From: Camelus ferus
Taxonomy: Eukaryota
Length of the DNA: 64,000 nt
Assembly (NCBI RefSeq): GCF_009834535.1
Contig: NC_045697.1
Span: 95,730,001-95,794,000, forward strand
Direction of reading: 5' to 3'
Positions 52,045-64,000 of this stretch are shown in pieces. Made by a program: the position numbers and the translations under genes. Numbering within the stretch: the stretch's first letter is position 1; each line of letters starts with the position of its first letter. Below the pieces are notes generated by a model, which saw only the letters and a program-made list of their open reading frames with translations, had not been told where the DNA came from and made no database searches.

Positions 52045-52240
52045 TAACAGCAAATGTTTCTTCAGTGTGTATTTTGTGCAAAAGGTTTCTCTAAATGTTC
52101 TACATGTATTAACTCATTAATCTTTATGGTATTCCTATAAAGTAGTGACTATTATTGTTTTCATTATAAAAATTATGGAATTGAGGCACAGAGAGGTAAA
52201 ACAACTTGCCCAAGATCACACAGCAAGTAAGTAATGGAGT
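52045..52240 (-). mobile_element. MIR
   Basis: tacatgtattaactcatt...gaattgaggcacagagaggtaaaacaacttgcccaagatcacacagcaagtaagt. Confidence 0.85.
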
Positions 52241-53669
52241 TACTGAGGCGTTAAATATATTAAAAGAATCACATTAAATTAAAAACATGTCTCTGAATTA
52301 CCTTGACTATGTAAAAAACAGTATTTCTGCTTAATTGCAATGGAAAACAGAAGCACACTTACACATTTGTGATTAAAATTTCTAACAATTCAGTTTAAGA
52401 ATTTAATTTAATTTAGCAAGATAACTACAATTGTTCTTATCATGGAGGAATTCATACACAAGTGATATAAACCAATGCCAGATTTGGGGAGTTAAGTGTT
52501 AAATTTGTACATTTATACAATTGGCTTATAATGAGGTATCTTTTTAAGAACAGAGAGTATTGTTCCTCACAGTAAAGTGAATGCTCATTCAATCTAATTA
52601 AAACTCTAGGGGGTATTGAGACCCCTCATCTCCCCTCCTCCCAGGCTTGTGTACATGATCACTCCCAGGAGGTTTTCTCCAAACCAAATATCCTGTGATT
52701 TATTTACCACTACAGGACTTCTCTACTGAGTCTGATTGCAAGTTAATACATCATGTGATAAAAACTTGCCATAACGTAGTGATTATAAATCTTTTAGATT
52801 TCTATTCATAAATAAAGATTTATGAGCAAGAGTTACGTTTTTCTTTTCTTTCATGTATAAATTAGCCTTAGGATTTTATGAATAATTCAATATAAAAAAT
52901 ATCATCTTTCAAAGCTATGGTAAATAGTACAGTTGTGTGTGACTTTGTGCAAGTGTGTCTATGTGAATACACCTAAATAAAACAAGGTATCACATGTGTA
53001 AAAATTAGTAAATCTTACTTTAATGTTTTCTGCATTTTTGAGTATTTTCTTAAAATGTTACATGTCAAAATATATCTTCTGGTCTTAAAAGACCATCTAT
53101 AGAGCGGGGTGATTTGTGAAGTTGACATTTGAATTTAAGCTATTTAAATAATGATTTATGTGGTATGTTTCTGTTTGCATGTATTTTACAATCTAAAAAC
53201 ATTAAACACAAACATTTTTAAAATAATATTTTCAGTGTAAGTTAAGGATACATTCTTTTAAGTACTGATTCACAATACTGCCAATCCTCTTAAAATAGAA
53301 AAAAATATTAAGGAAAGCAAAGCTTTGGGAATCAGCACCATCAATCTAATATTGTCCTTAAAATTCCTTGTGACTTGCAAGAAAACATTTCTGAATTTAG
53401 GTCAGATCTGGAATACATTTAAAACACTTATATAATTTAATAAATCCCTGATCCTTTGGAAAATGCTCATTAATACACGACACAACATTCTCACTAATTA
53501 TACTAAATATTTGACACCCATAGATTTAGAACATTTAAATAGAAGAAGAAAAATATTAAAGAATGTTCTTAATTTTGGCTTATTCTCTGCATTGGTTAAC
53601 TCCAGTGATAAATATGTCTAATTTTTTAGGAAATATTACTAAGCACTGTTGCAACTAAATTTTTGAACC

Positions 53670-53875
53670 AGCATTCCATGCAGACTGTGAGAGCACAGGA
53701 TTTGAAAGTCCTCAGGACTGCTTTGGGATTCTCACTCTGGATAGTTACTTAACATTTCTAAGCTTAGTTTCCTCATCTACAAAATGAAGATATCAATAAT
53801 GTTTATCGTGTTGATAAAAATCATGGTTGTAAGAATTAAGTGAGTTAATGGAAGTAAATAGCTTTGCATGGTGGA
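53670..53875 (+). mobile_element. MIR
   Basis: agttacttaacatttctaagcttagtttcctcatctacaaaatgaagata...gttgtaagaattaagtgagttaat. Confidence 0.85.
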
Positions 53876-54016
53876 ATTAAATAATTACCAAATTATTAAT
53901 TATTAAAATTAAAATTATTATTATATTTATTCTGGAAAAAATGGCCAAGTAAATTTTGTAGCTAATGGCAACAATGGAAAAATCAACCTATATCCCTGAA
54001 CATTTTTTTTGCTATT

Positions 54017-54219
54017 TTTTCCAGTTTTATTGAGAGATAATTGGCATATAACATTGTATTAATTTAAGGTGAACAACATAATGATTTGCTGTATATAGAT
54101 TGTGAAATGGTTACACCACTAAGTTCAGTTAACACCCATTACTTTACATACCTATAATTTTTTCTTGTGATGAGAACTTAAAAGATATACTTTCTTAGCA
54201 ACTTTCAAATATATAATTG
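54017..54219 (-). mobile_element. Short 5'-truncated L1 3' end (L1MA9/artiodactyl type)
   Basis: ccagttttattgagagataattggcatataacattg...cttagcaactttcaaatata; TSD tttttttgctatt (54004-54016) / ttttcttgctatt (54220-54232) at a tt|aaaa site. Confidence 0.85.
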
Positions 54220-54269
54220 TTTTCTTGCTATTAAAAGTAATAACTAGAGCAGTAATAGCATTAATACTG

Positions 54270-54480
54270 ATGATAATATTTAACCTTTATTAAACTATCA
54301 CTATGATAAAGGCATATTACCTATGTCATTACGAGCCAACTTTTACAGTAAGTTACATTATCCCCATTTCACAGATAAGACTACAGAAATTTAGAGATAA
54401 AATAGAAAAAGAGAAAGAAATTTGAATTAAAAATCTTAGAAAAACTTTATTCGATATTTGGTTTTAACTACTGTACTTTT
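54270..54480 (-). mobile_element. MIR
   Basis: cattatccccatttcacagataagactacagaaatttagaga. Confidence 0.6.
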
Positions 54481-54659
54481 CTTCCTCATTCCACTAGCTG
54501 TGTATGTGTAAACGCCCCCACACACAGAGCAGTACTGAAATTGAAGTGATTATGTGACAGATTGAGAAAGAGGAGAATTTTTTAAATTAGGATCTTTATT
54601 TAAGAATATCTGCATGGCTCCTTCTTTTCACTTAATGTCCACCCCCACCCAGCACATCT

Positions 54660-54890
54660 GATTCCAGTGATCAACGTTTAATAGCTTCTGTGGGACAGTG
54701 GAGGAAAAGGAGCTCCCTGATTTGTAGATCTGCCAATTTCCAATTTCTGTGGTGTGAAATATTCTCATACAACTTACTTGAAGCTACTGGTGGTTGAAAC
54801 TTAAAACAGCTTGCAAAAATTCCTGAAAACATAATAATCAATTAAAAATCAATTCTAGAGAGCTGGCATGAGCCTCCTCCAGATTGCCAC
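54660..54890. mobile_element. hAT-Blackjack MITE MER63A-like, inserted in an L2 tail
   Basis: ccctgatttgtag...tgccaatttc...tgtggtgtgaaata...aagctac...gcaaaaattcctgaaaa...gagctggcatgagcc..ctccag. Confidence 0.75.
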
Positions 54891-54894
54891 CACA

Positions 54895-55127
54895 TTATTC
54901 TGCTTTATTTTTCATTATATTACTTCCTATCACCTAACATATTCCATATCTCCTGGTTAATTTTGAAATGTTTTATCTCCACACCTGCCCCTAACTAGAA
55001 TGTATGTTCCAGTAAATAGTGAGACTAGAGATTTGATCTGTTTTGTTGACTGCTCTATCTTTAGCATCTAGAAAAATGTATAGCATATAGTAGGCACTCA
55101 ATAAATATTTTTGAATGAATGAATGAG
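54895..55127 (+). mobile_element. L2a 3' end
   Basis: actagaatgtatgttcc...tctgttttgttgactgct...catatagtaggcactcaataaatatttttgaatgaatgaatga. Confidence 0.85.
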
Positions 55128-55899
55128 TGTTCAGTTATTTTAAAATTTTATTATATGAAAGTCATCACTTATCCTGATTTTCCTGCCCAAACTGTATTTA
55201 GATTGGCACCATAATTTTATTCAAGATCTTGTGTGTCACTAATGTGGTTTATTACAATTATTGAAACAACTCATTGCACTAATATTAAGGCTAATTTATT
55301 TTCTATGTTTATCAAGTAGAATCCTAGATATTAACAATTTACTATAGGCAATAAATGCCAGATGACTATAGCTGCCTTTGGATATTTGTAATATCTACAT
55401 GCTTTCTTCATTGAAACTGGTTACAAAAGGACTATTCAAAGCAGAAAAATGGATTAGACTATCATACAGCTTGGTCATTTTCGTGCTACTGGTATCAATT
55501 CATGATTTGAGTTAAGGAGACAGGTTTATTACTGGAGACACTTACTTACAGTTTAAAAAGTCCAAATTTGCTTATTTAGGGGACATACTTGAATTATTTA
55601 TATCTTGATTCTATAGCATGTTTCACCTAAGAATTATTTCACTTTCTTGTATCCAATGGAGCTTTAATAAAGCCATTAACTAAATTTTATATGTATTTGC
55701 ATCTATGGTAATATGTTTATAGGTACTATATATGTAAATAATTTTACCTTCATCCTTGCTATATTATTATGTAAATATTTTAGATGAGTTTAATTAAGGC
55801 CAATAACGCATGGATCAGTGCATTAATGAACAAAGGATCTTTGAGAAGTTATTTCTCTTGGTCAAGTGCTATAATACAACATACATGTTTGTGTTTCTT

Positions 55900-55985
55900 T
55901 AGTGAAGTTTAATGGGGTGACATATACATGCATGGATGACTCAGTGCCTGGCATGTCGTAAATTCTCAATGAATGTTAGTTCATC
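55900..55985 (+). mobile_element. MIR 3' fragment
   Basis: cagtgcctggcatgtcgtaaattctcaatgaatgttagtt. Confidence 0.55.
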
Positions 55986-57165
55986 CACATAATAGTTTCC
56001 ATAAACTGTATCAGTCAGAGATTTTGCTGTTCATGATCATGATACAAAGTATTTCATTCAACTCCTCAGTCTTTACAAAGTACTTTTGACACCCCAAATC
56101 ATGAAAGAATTGAAAATTTTATACTCTTTTGGTTCTCAGCAATAACATAAATTAAGACAAATTCAAATTTGTACTTACACATGGCTTCCTGCTTAGCATC
56201 TGCTAGGTGTTCCTCTAAGAATATAATGGAAAATAGGCTAAGTGTGCTTGGAAATGCTGTTTGGTTCTCCACATGTCTGCACATAACTGTTAGGTTATTT
56301 TTATGTGCATATTAAATGGAGGTGAAAGTGAAGGTGGGACCCATGGAAGCAGCAGAAATCTAGAAAACATGCACGTGGAGAGTGCTGTCCCCTACACAAA
56401 GCACCACCCCAAAATGCAAGCAACTCACCCAAATATTCCATTTGATGTCTCTTTGTGGTGAGTTTTGATTTGAGGAAATCCCTAAGCACTCATTTACACA
56501 AATAGCAGTTATACGGGTATTTTCACCAAGCAGAAAAAATAAACATGACTAAAAAGAAATTGAAAAAGAAGTTACATCCACTAGTGAAGAATTTAACAAA
56601 GGTATGTTAAAATATTTCTCTATGGTTATTCAAGTCTGAAAAAATTTTTAAATTTAATTTAATGGTATTTCAGATGAGGCAAAGAACGATTAAATTAGTA
56701 TATGATGGGACTCTTTTATAGATGACATGGAGATGAATTTTCTTGGTGGCAGCTGAGTCAAATGTGGAGTCTGCTATGTGTTTTATCATTCAGTAGAATA
56801 TGTCTTCTCTTTCTCCAAACTTTGCAAACCTACTGATTAATTTACCGATTAAACTATTTCCCCCATATGTCAGCAAGTTTGCAATGAATTTCTGTAAAAA
56901 CGTTTATATTTAAAAATCATATCACTGCATGCTCTCAGAGGTAATATGTGCATGAAAGAAGCCATTTAAACTATGACTGTTCCAATAAGTATGGATCTAG
57001 TGATGTATAATGATAAAAACACAAACTATTCTAACAGCATTTTAGCATTATTCATGCCATGCCGAAAACTAACCAAATAAATGAGTATTTTGAAAATCCT
57101 ATTTAATCAATAACTCTAAGCACTGAATTCAGATCTTATATCAATGGACCTCAGGCTGTCCTGGG

Positions 57166-57239
57166 CAAAAGACAGTGGGTTTTGGGCACTTTTTGTTTCT
57201 TCTGTCTTTTGGACAAAAGACAGTGGCAAAAGACACTGG
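57166..57239. repeat. Cluster of four CAAAAGACA(G/C) copies: three direct, one inverted, forming a 10-bp-stem hairpin
   Basis: caaaagacagtgg at 57166 and 57214, caaaagacactgg at 57227, ctgtcttttg at 57202. Confidence 0.9.
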
Positions 57240-58931
57240 GTTGCTGGTTTAAAATGATTCCAACATCGCCCCATAATTCCTTTCTTAGTATGTGTGAGGT
57301 GACTTCAAGAGACATTATTTTTAACAAGATCCCCCTGGAAACTATGGTGTAGGAAAGAAATTATGTGCCCACAGCTCACACTTTGGAAAACACTGCCATT
57401 TTCTATTGAAACTAGTCGTGTAGCAGGATAAACACAACAGTCATGGATGAGTGACCAAATCGCGTTAAAAGAAATTTCCTCAGAGATTTTCTGTTTGTAT
57501 CAGTGTGAAGACCATTGCATGTGTCACCATAGAGAGAAAGAAGATAAGAAAAATATGTGAAATCTCAATAAAAATGAACATCAAAGCTTAGGAATTTGTT
57601 TTAATAGATGCAAATTAGCATCTATAAGAAGCTTAAAAGATGACCAATTCATTCATATTCTGAAGAGCTGGAAAGAGAAGCCTATAACTTTAATTATTTC
57701 AACATATTTTTGCAACCCTGTATACCACACATGTGAGACACAATCATTTTGTAACTTAAATCACTAACTTATGTAGGCTACAATAAGCCTTCACTCTGCA
57801 AAAGTAAATGACAGATTATTAATGTAGATATTTACATGGGATTCAGATTGAGTAAAATTTTAAGATATAGATTTTTTTTTCTTTGAAATTCTCTTTCTCT
57901 CTCATAAGTGAGATTCTTTGTTACAAAAAAGCTGCCTCCTATTGTGTTAGTTTATCCTTAAGCAACTATCAGATATTCTTATAAGAAATAGTGTAGCTTG
58001 TTTTTTGAGAAGCTGGTTAAATATAGCTACTGTGGGCAGTCTGACTCAAAGGGCTCTTGAGATTCTGCTTGGGTGAACAGCATTGCTATGGTAGGAACGT
58101 AATGGCTGTTCCTACAGGCAGAGCAAATTTTAGCTACTAGATAAAAGATGTAAATTCAGGTCAGTGCTTTAGTACAAAAAAAAAAAATGTTATTCACAAG
58201 CTAACAAGTGTTCCCTTCCCCACTTGAGGTAAGCATTTCTCTTTTTCAGTAAATCTATATTTTTAAATATTTATATATTTATATTTTAAAAGTTTCTTAA
58301 ATATTTTAAAGGACATAATTTATAAATGTTAAATCAACACAATTATACATCAAACTTTGTTTAATTTCCAAATCAATGCAATGAAAGCAAATGGAAAGCA
58401 TGCTCATGAATCAGAGAATTACGATAACTTTTTTATTTTTGAAAGCAGAACCCCATTATATTATAATCTTTTAGAATAATATTTTACATTACTTACACTC
58501 TCTTAAAGGAGAATAGACAAAGCTCTGGAATGAAAATCATTTAAAAATCCCCAAGTCTTACATAATTCTATTTGAATATAAATTACTTTTTAAGTGAAGC
58601 AGATGTATCTGCCACCATTTTCCATCCTGTTGACATATGTTGGGGACAGTTTACCTTGTTTTCATACAGACAGGAATATTCAGGGAATTCCAGAGTCCCT
58701 CAAATTGGTGCCTAGTCCTTCTACTTCTAGACCTGCATACACTCACAGCCTAACACAAAAATAAAATGCAAGCAGAGAGTCACTTAAACATTCACAAAGC
58801 ATAGATCTATTTAATTGACTATTTTAAGGCTATTTGCTGCATATGAATTTTCTTGTTCATGGGTAGTGAATGTAGATGAGGATTTCTACAAGATCGTATA
58901 ATATAAAATAATCTAAAAGAATTTTACTGAA

Positions 58932-59420
58932 TGTGGTAGCTATTGAGAATGTGCTTTTTACATCTCTGAAGGCAGATAAGTTACTTGATCCAAGGACCCA
59001 TCTGCTGCCCTCTGGAATCTGTGTTGACACTGAAGGCTGAGGCTAAGTTCCCATGGTCTGTTCCCTGCCAGTGGCTCAGCCATCAGGGACACTGTGGCAA
59101 GCCTGTCCCTGGGGGAAGCAAGACTCCTCTGACAGATGACTTTGTCTCATGGACTTTCTAATGACTTTGCTAAAACTCCTTTAGAACTCATGGTAGTCTA
59201 CATGTGTTCACCCAATCTTCCTTCCTTTCCTATTTCCTTCCTTCCTTTCTTCCTTCCCTCTCTCCCTTACTTGATGACTAACTTGAACTGGGGCCTCATG
59301 GCTCTCCCAACGTTCCCAGGCTCCCTTCCCATTCTCTCTCACAGATATTTCCCTTAAAACATTTTTTTTGCATATTTAATCCCAAAGTGGTATCTAATTC
59401 TAAGAGAACCTAAAATAACA
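58932..59420 (+). mobile_element. ERVL solo LTR (LTR16A-like)
   Basis: tgtggtagctattgag...ggctctccc...ctctcacagatatttccc...tttgcatatttaatccc...agaacctaaaataaca. Confidence 0.75.
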
Positions 59421-59734
59421 TACCTAAAATAACAGTTTGTTTTGGATAATATGGACAAATATCTGTCAATGCTTTCTCCAATGGCTTGCCCCAAAAGAAG
59501 CCAAAAGTAAGCTGAGAAGTATCAAAGTGAACTTATCCAGGTAGGCACATAAAATCTGCAGCGACATTGAATAGGTAAATAATAGTTTTTATCTGACCTT
59601 TATTAATTGTGCTCCCAGATTCAAAACATTATACTCAGATTGTTTAAAAGAGTACTATGATATTTAGGGATATTTACTATATAGAGTTAGCCATCAATGA
59701 GAATGTCTACTAGTTTTTACTCATTAATTTTATT

Positions 59735-62205
59735 ATTCACTCAGCCAACAGTTACGGGGTACCTATGTATCACACACTGCTAAATGAACAAAGCAAGCCT
59801 CTTGCTCTTGTGAATCTTGCCTCCTGTAGGGCAGAGAGTGAGAGGCAAGAATAATAAAGATGAAATACAGAGAATGTCAAATGGTGAGTAAGGGCTATAA
59901 AGAGAATAAAGCAGACTAAGAGGTACAGGGAACCCTGATAAGGAGGAATTTTTAATAGAGTAGTCAAGGAAGACCTTACTGAAAAGACAGAATTTGATCA
60001 AAGACCTAAAAGAAGTGAGACAGTAAGCCATGTAGATATTTCACAGAAGAACATTCCAGGCAGAGGAAACAGCCAGTACAGACTCTGAGACAGAAGCACG
60101 TCTGCAGGGCTCTAGGAAGACAAAGAACAGTGGCCGGAGTGGTGTGGGAAGGGGAAGCGTGGTAGGAGGTCAGAGACAGGACAGGGCTGGGACCTTCTAG
60201 ACCATCTGTCGAGGGTTTTTTATTTCTCCGAGTGGGATGGAAAGTCATTGGAAGAGCTGAGTAGAGATTATAGATGTGTTCTACAAATGACATTTTCATT
60301 CCTGTGTATAATATAAGCACCAGGGGTAGACATGGGAGGAAAAACATTAGGAGGCTACTTTCAAACCAGCGGAGAGGAGACAGTGACTGGGAAGTAGGTG
60401 ACAGCCATGTTGATAATGAGAAGTCAAGTGTTGCTGGATATATTTTGTTAGTAGAAATGACAAGATTGGTGGACCAGGTAAGATACAAGATGTGAAAGAA
60501 AGAGGTAAGGTTGACTCTAAGTTTCTGGCTTGAGCAACTATACGATGGAGTGGTTATTGATTAGGCTGGTGTAGGAGTAGGCATGTGTGTATGAAGGAGG
60601 TAGTGTTAAGGTGAACAGCAGATAAGAGTTTAGCATATTAAGTTTGAGATTCATGTGAAACATCAAAATGCAGTTTTTTAAACCTGGGAAACAGAATTTT
60701 GGGGTCATTCCTGGGATCATCCAATACTTAATTCTTACGATGACCAAGCAAGTGAGTGTGGATAGAAGACAGAAGAGGTTCGGAGTCTGAGAAGTGAAAA
60801 CTTCTGATCTTTAAATACTATAAATGGAGTAGAAACTTCTAAAAGACACCGCAAAGGAGTATGTGCTGAGTTAAGCCGGGAAAGTGTGGCATCTTGAATT
60901 TCAAATAGAGAAAGTGTTTCAAGCAGGAGAAAGTGAACAATTGTGATAAATGATGATGGGTGAAGTGAGATGAGAACTGAGAATTGCACAGTGGGTTCAG
61001 CTCTGTGGATATCAGCGCTGATAACTCTTGTAGGAAAAGAAATGGGTAGAGAAGACATAAAACCACAAGGATAGACAAGTCTTTAAAGCTTTTTCTTTCC
61101 TTTTCTTTTCTTATGAGAAGTAGAGAAATGGGTGATAATGGGTGGCAAAGGGAGTCAAGAGAGGCTCTTTTTCTTTAAGAATGAGGAACTAAAACCCTAC
61201 TTATATGCCAATAAAGAAGATCTAGTAGAAAGAAAAAATATCTAAGAAAGAGAATGAAGGGAGGGTTGTGGAGTGACTCCCTCGGATACAAGGTAGAAGG
61301 CACGGCATGGGCTTGTGGCAGACTTTGTCAGGGCCCAACTCGTATGTCTCAGAACAACCTGCCCAAGTGCCTCCAGTGAACAACTTCCTTCTCCCCCTTT
61401 ATTCATTTCTATGCCTGAGGACTTATTCTCTAGAGTCATGGAAGATCATCTATAAGATGAGCTAGAAGTTCCAAGGAATTCACATCTCCTAAGAGCAGCC
61501 CTTAACCAAGGGCCTTAAACATTTATGTATAAAATACTCATTTTCTTTATCCCTTAGGTGAATAGTTCTAAAGCATGCATTTTATACTCTTCCCTAGAAT
61601 CTCTCCAGATAACTGTGGTATCTGGTTTAATAACATATAATTTATTGGATGACTTCTCTGCCCTTAATCACTTCTTCATTTTTAAGTTATATATCATATA
61701 CTCTCCTCCCCTAAAATCCTCTTTTCATTCAAATCATTGTCTCAGAGTCTGCTTCTGTTTAAACCCAGACTAGGGCAGGACTCTAGCATATAATGGGTAT
61801 TTTAGACTTGGCTAAGAGTAGGGAGTCATTCAATGGCATTGGAGAAGAATGGAGGATGTGGGCATAGGTGCCCTTTGGTACGTGGATAAGTGACAGGGGC
61901 TTGTGTAAATACTCTTCCAATTGCTTCTATAATCTGAATGAAACTCAAAAAAATGAGAAACTTTGGAGTTTCTCATCAGTTAAGAATGAGGGGAATCGGA
62001 AGATTTTGGAGATTAAAAGCTACCTAGGAGATGGGAAAAGTGGACTAGAGTAATGATTACCCAAGAACATTAGGGAACTAGGTGGGATTAGTGATCTTAA
62101 AATTAAAGTGAGGCCTGTGAGACCTCTTTGCACCACGTGCTTCTTCTTCAGTCATATTCTGTTAGATGGGTGTAGGTGCAAATAGGAAGTTGGATAACCC
62201 TGGGC
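59735..62205 (-). mobile_element. Long L2 LINE (3' end to mid-ORF2), interrupted by an LTR16-type LTR
   Basis: gtcaaggaagaccttactgaaaagacagaatttga; agaagaacattccaggcagaggaaacagc; ttaggaggcta; aagtttctggcttgagcaact; agagaaagtgtttcaagcagg. Confidence 0.85.
61314..61777 (+). mobile_element. ERVL solo LTR (LTR16C/E-like)
   Basis: tgtggcagac...gagcagcccttaacca...gtataaaatactc...tgtctcagagtctgcttctgtttaaacccagactagggca; near-TSD gggct / ggact. Confidence 0.75.
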
Positions 62206-62214
62206 AGACTGTAG

Positions 62215-63100
62215 CTCCCAGGTTCCCATACCTTCTTGGAAATATATTTAAGCCTGGTGTAACTGGAAAACTCTCCTCCCTAGCGTTCTAACCCAGCGTG
62301 CATAAGAATGAATATGACGGCTCCAGAAGTTTGTACGTTTCTGGCATGGTCCTCCCAAGCCCTCTCAAGTGGTAGCTCTTTTCTTTCCCTCAATCTTAAT
62401 GTGACTGGACCTGGATGTGTGGTGTCTGTCCTCCATGAACCACGTGGCAACTTCTGTATGACTCTCCCCTCTTCCATAAGAATCTCAAACTTTGAATTTC
62501 ATATCATCAAATTATATATTCCACTACCCCAAATGGCTGATCTAAAATGTTTGGGTAATTTCTTGGGTATTTTATTTTATTTTTATTGAGGTATAATTGA
62601 CATATAACTTTACATTAGTTTAAGCTGTACAACATAATCATTTGATATTTGAACACATTGAGAAATGATCTTGAGTATTTTAGTTCACTGTTACTGTCAT
62701 GATAGTTCTTGTTTTCAAAAGCCTTGGATTAGCCTTGAATTTTATCCTCTGTTGCTTTCTTTTTTTCAAGTAATCTTATCTTCTGCTCTTAGCCACTTTT
62801 CCCCATGGTTATTTCCTAGTATTATCATTACTAATAACTTCTCCTCCACCTTCATCTCAACTCCAAAACCTCTCCTTCTCAGACCAACATCCTTAATTCC
62901 CACCTCACTCCATCCAATACTTGTACTCCTGCAATTATTCAACACTCAGTGAGACACTGAAAACCGTAGATCCTACCACTTTTCTTTTTTACTACTCATC
63001 ACACTTTCTGTGTCAGTTTCTTTTTTTATCCCATTGAAATCCTGATTCTTTATCATAATCAACCCTTTATTTGCACCCTGAACTCTGTTCTCCCTGGCAA
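62215..63100 (+). mobile_element. L2 ORF2 endonuclease-region remnant, inverted relative to the adjacent L2
   Basis: ORF 62308..62589 (ALSSGSSFLS...TGPGCVVSVLH...NFEFHIIKLYIPLP) resembles recalled L2 ORF2 EN (ALSSGG.F.S...TGPGGGVGVLL...SFE.H.IRLY.PLP). Confidence 0.7.
62570..62670 (-). mobile_element. Short L1 3' end
   Basis: ttttattgaggtataattgacatataac...tgtacaacataat...aaatgatc. Confidence 0.8.
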
Positions 63101-64000
63101 TTAGTTATGCTTAGCCTACTGAATTAGTCAAGGTAAAGAATAATAAAGAACTCCAAAGATATTTTATGTGTAGCTTGATAAAGATAAAACTATAGAACAA
63201 TCTCTTTCTATACATTAACCTGCTTACCTATATTTTAAGGACTGATTATGTGCATTCTAAACACTGTGAAATGTAAGCAGTACAAGAAGCAATCCTTCCA
63301 AGGGTAAGCTTGTCTTTGGTTTGTGTGTGGGTGTGGGTCACAGCCTATTTACAAAATTAATTCTTAGGAAAATGTAAAATACGAATATTTGTTAATCTAG
63401 TTTGTGTCTATAAGAAATGACCTTTCAAAAGCTTATAGTTAGAGCAAAGATTATGAATGTAGAATATCACCAAAGTTAAGAAACAAGCAAAGGATGAGGA
63501 TTATTTTCAGCAGGCTGAGAAAGTTTTTGTGGGGAAAGAGGAGAAAAACAATTGACAAAAAATGGAAACAAGAAAACAAAACAGAGGATGGTTTTAAGAG
63601 TGAGAAAGTATTCAAAAGAGATGAAATAATGCAAGTAGGTAGAGAAGGATGCAAATCTATAAAGTTTAATTTTGTAATATGAGATCACTGATGAGTTTTG
63701 CAGAAAATTTTCTGTTAAAAGCTAATGTTGAAAGTAAAAATTGCATTGTGGATGAAAAAAATGGAACAGAATGAGACTTGCAAACATAAACTATTTTATC
63801 AATATATTTGATCATGATGAGGAGGGAGATCATATTTACGGGCAGGTAAAGAAGGCTATTCTATAGTTGGTGAGTTATGTTGGCTCAACATTACTAAGTA
63901 GGCAACTCAGTGAAAAGCAAGAGATTAAAGTGCTAATGTTTTTTGCAGTGCTCGTTTCCTGGAAACCACATGATGACACTTAGTTATTTAATGCTGCCAG

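Noticed and set aside
60006..61078. Cluster of 70-160-aa ORFs
   Set aside because: They lie within the decayed L2; chance-open frames of a dead retroelement
1..64000. CRISPR arrays, operons, phage/defence systems, intact ERV genes, rRNA/snRNA genes, processed pseudogenes
   Set aside because: None seen; the window is mammalian repeat-rich non-coding DNA with only solo LTRs and no regularly interspaced repeats

Overview
This is AT-rich, CpG-depleted eutherian genomic DNA, not prokaryotic or viral. Two tRNA-derived SINEs resemble the camelid vic-1 family, and I saw no Alu, Bov-A/BovB, PRE1 or Can-SINE, so a camelid (alpaca/llama/camel) source is likely. By eye, roughly half the window is decayed interspersed repeats (L1/HAL1, L2, MIR, MaLR/ERVL/ERV1 solo LTRs, hAT and Tigger MITEs) plus microsatellites. 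Repeat subfamily names come from recalled consensus sequences and need RepeatMasker/Dfam confirmation. I recognise no intact protein-coding gene, RNA gene or CRISPR array. The ORF track is essentially spurious, except for ORFs retaining L2 ORF2 endonuclease similarity near 62.3-63.0 kb. The best non-repeat signals are: (i) a 111-nt minus-strand exon candidate at 44469-44579, with phase-compatible candidates at 58655-58749, 50680-50739 and 33748-33778; (ii) a small CpG-retaining element at about 13.7-13.95 kb with an 18-bp palindrome and a splice donor; (iii) structural scars: a twin-primed inverted L1, an inverted L2, a templated-insertion-like repeat cluster, a 28-bp perfect palindrome, and unique DNA splitting an L1. 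I found no evidence for a new multi-gene biological system.
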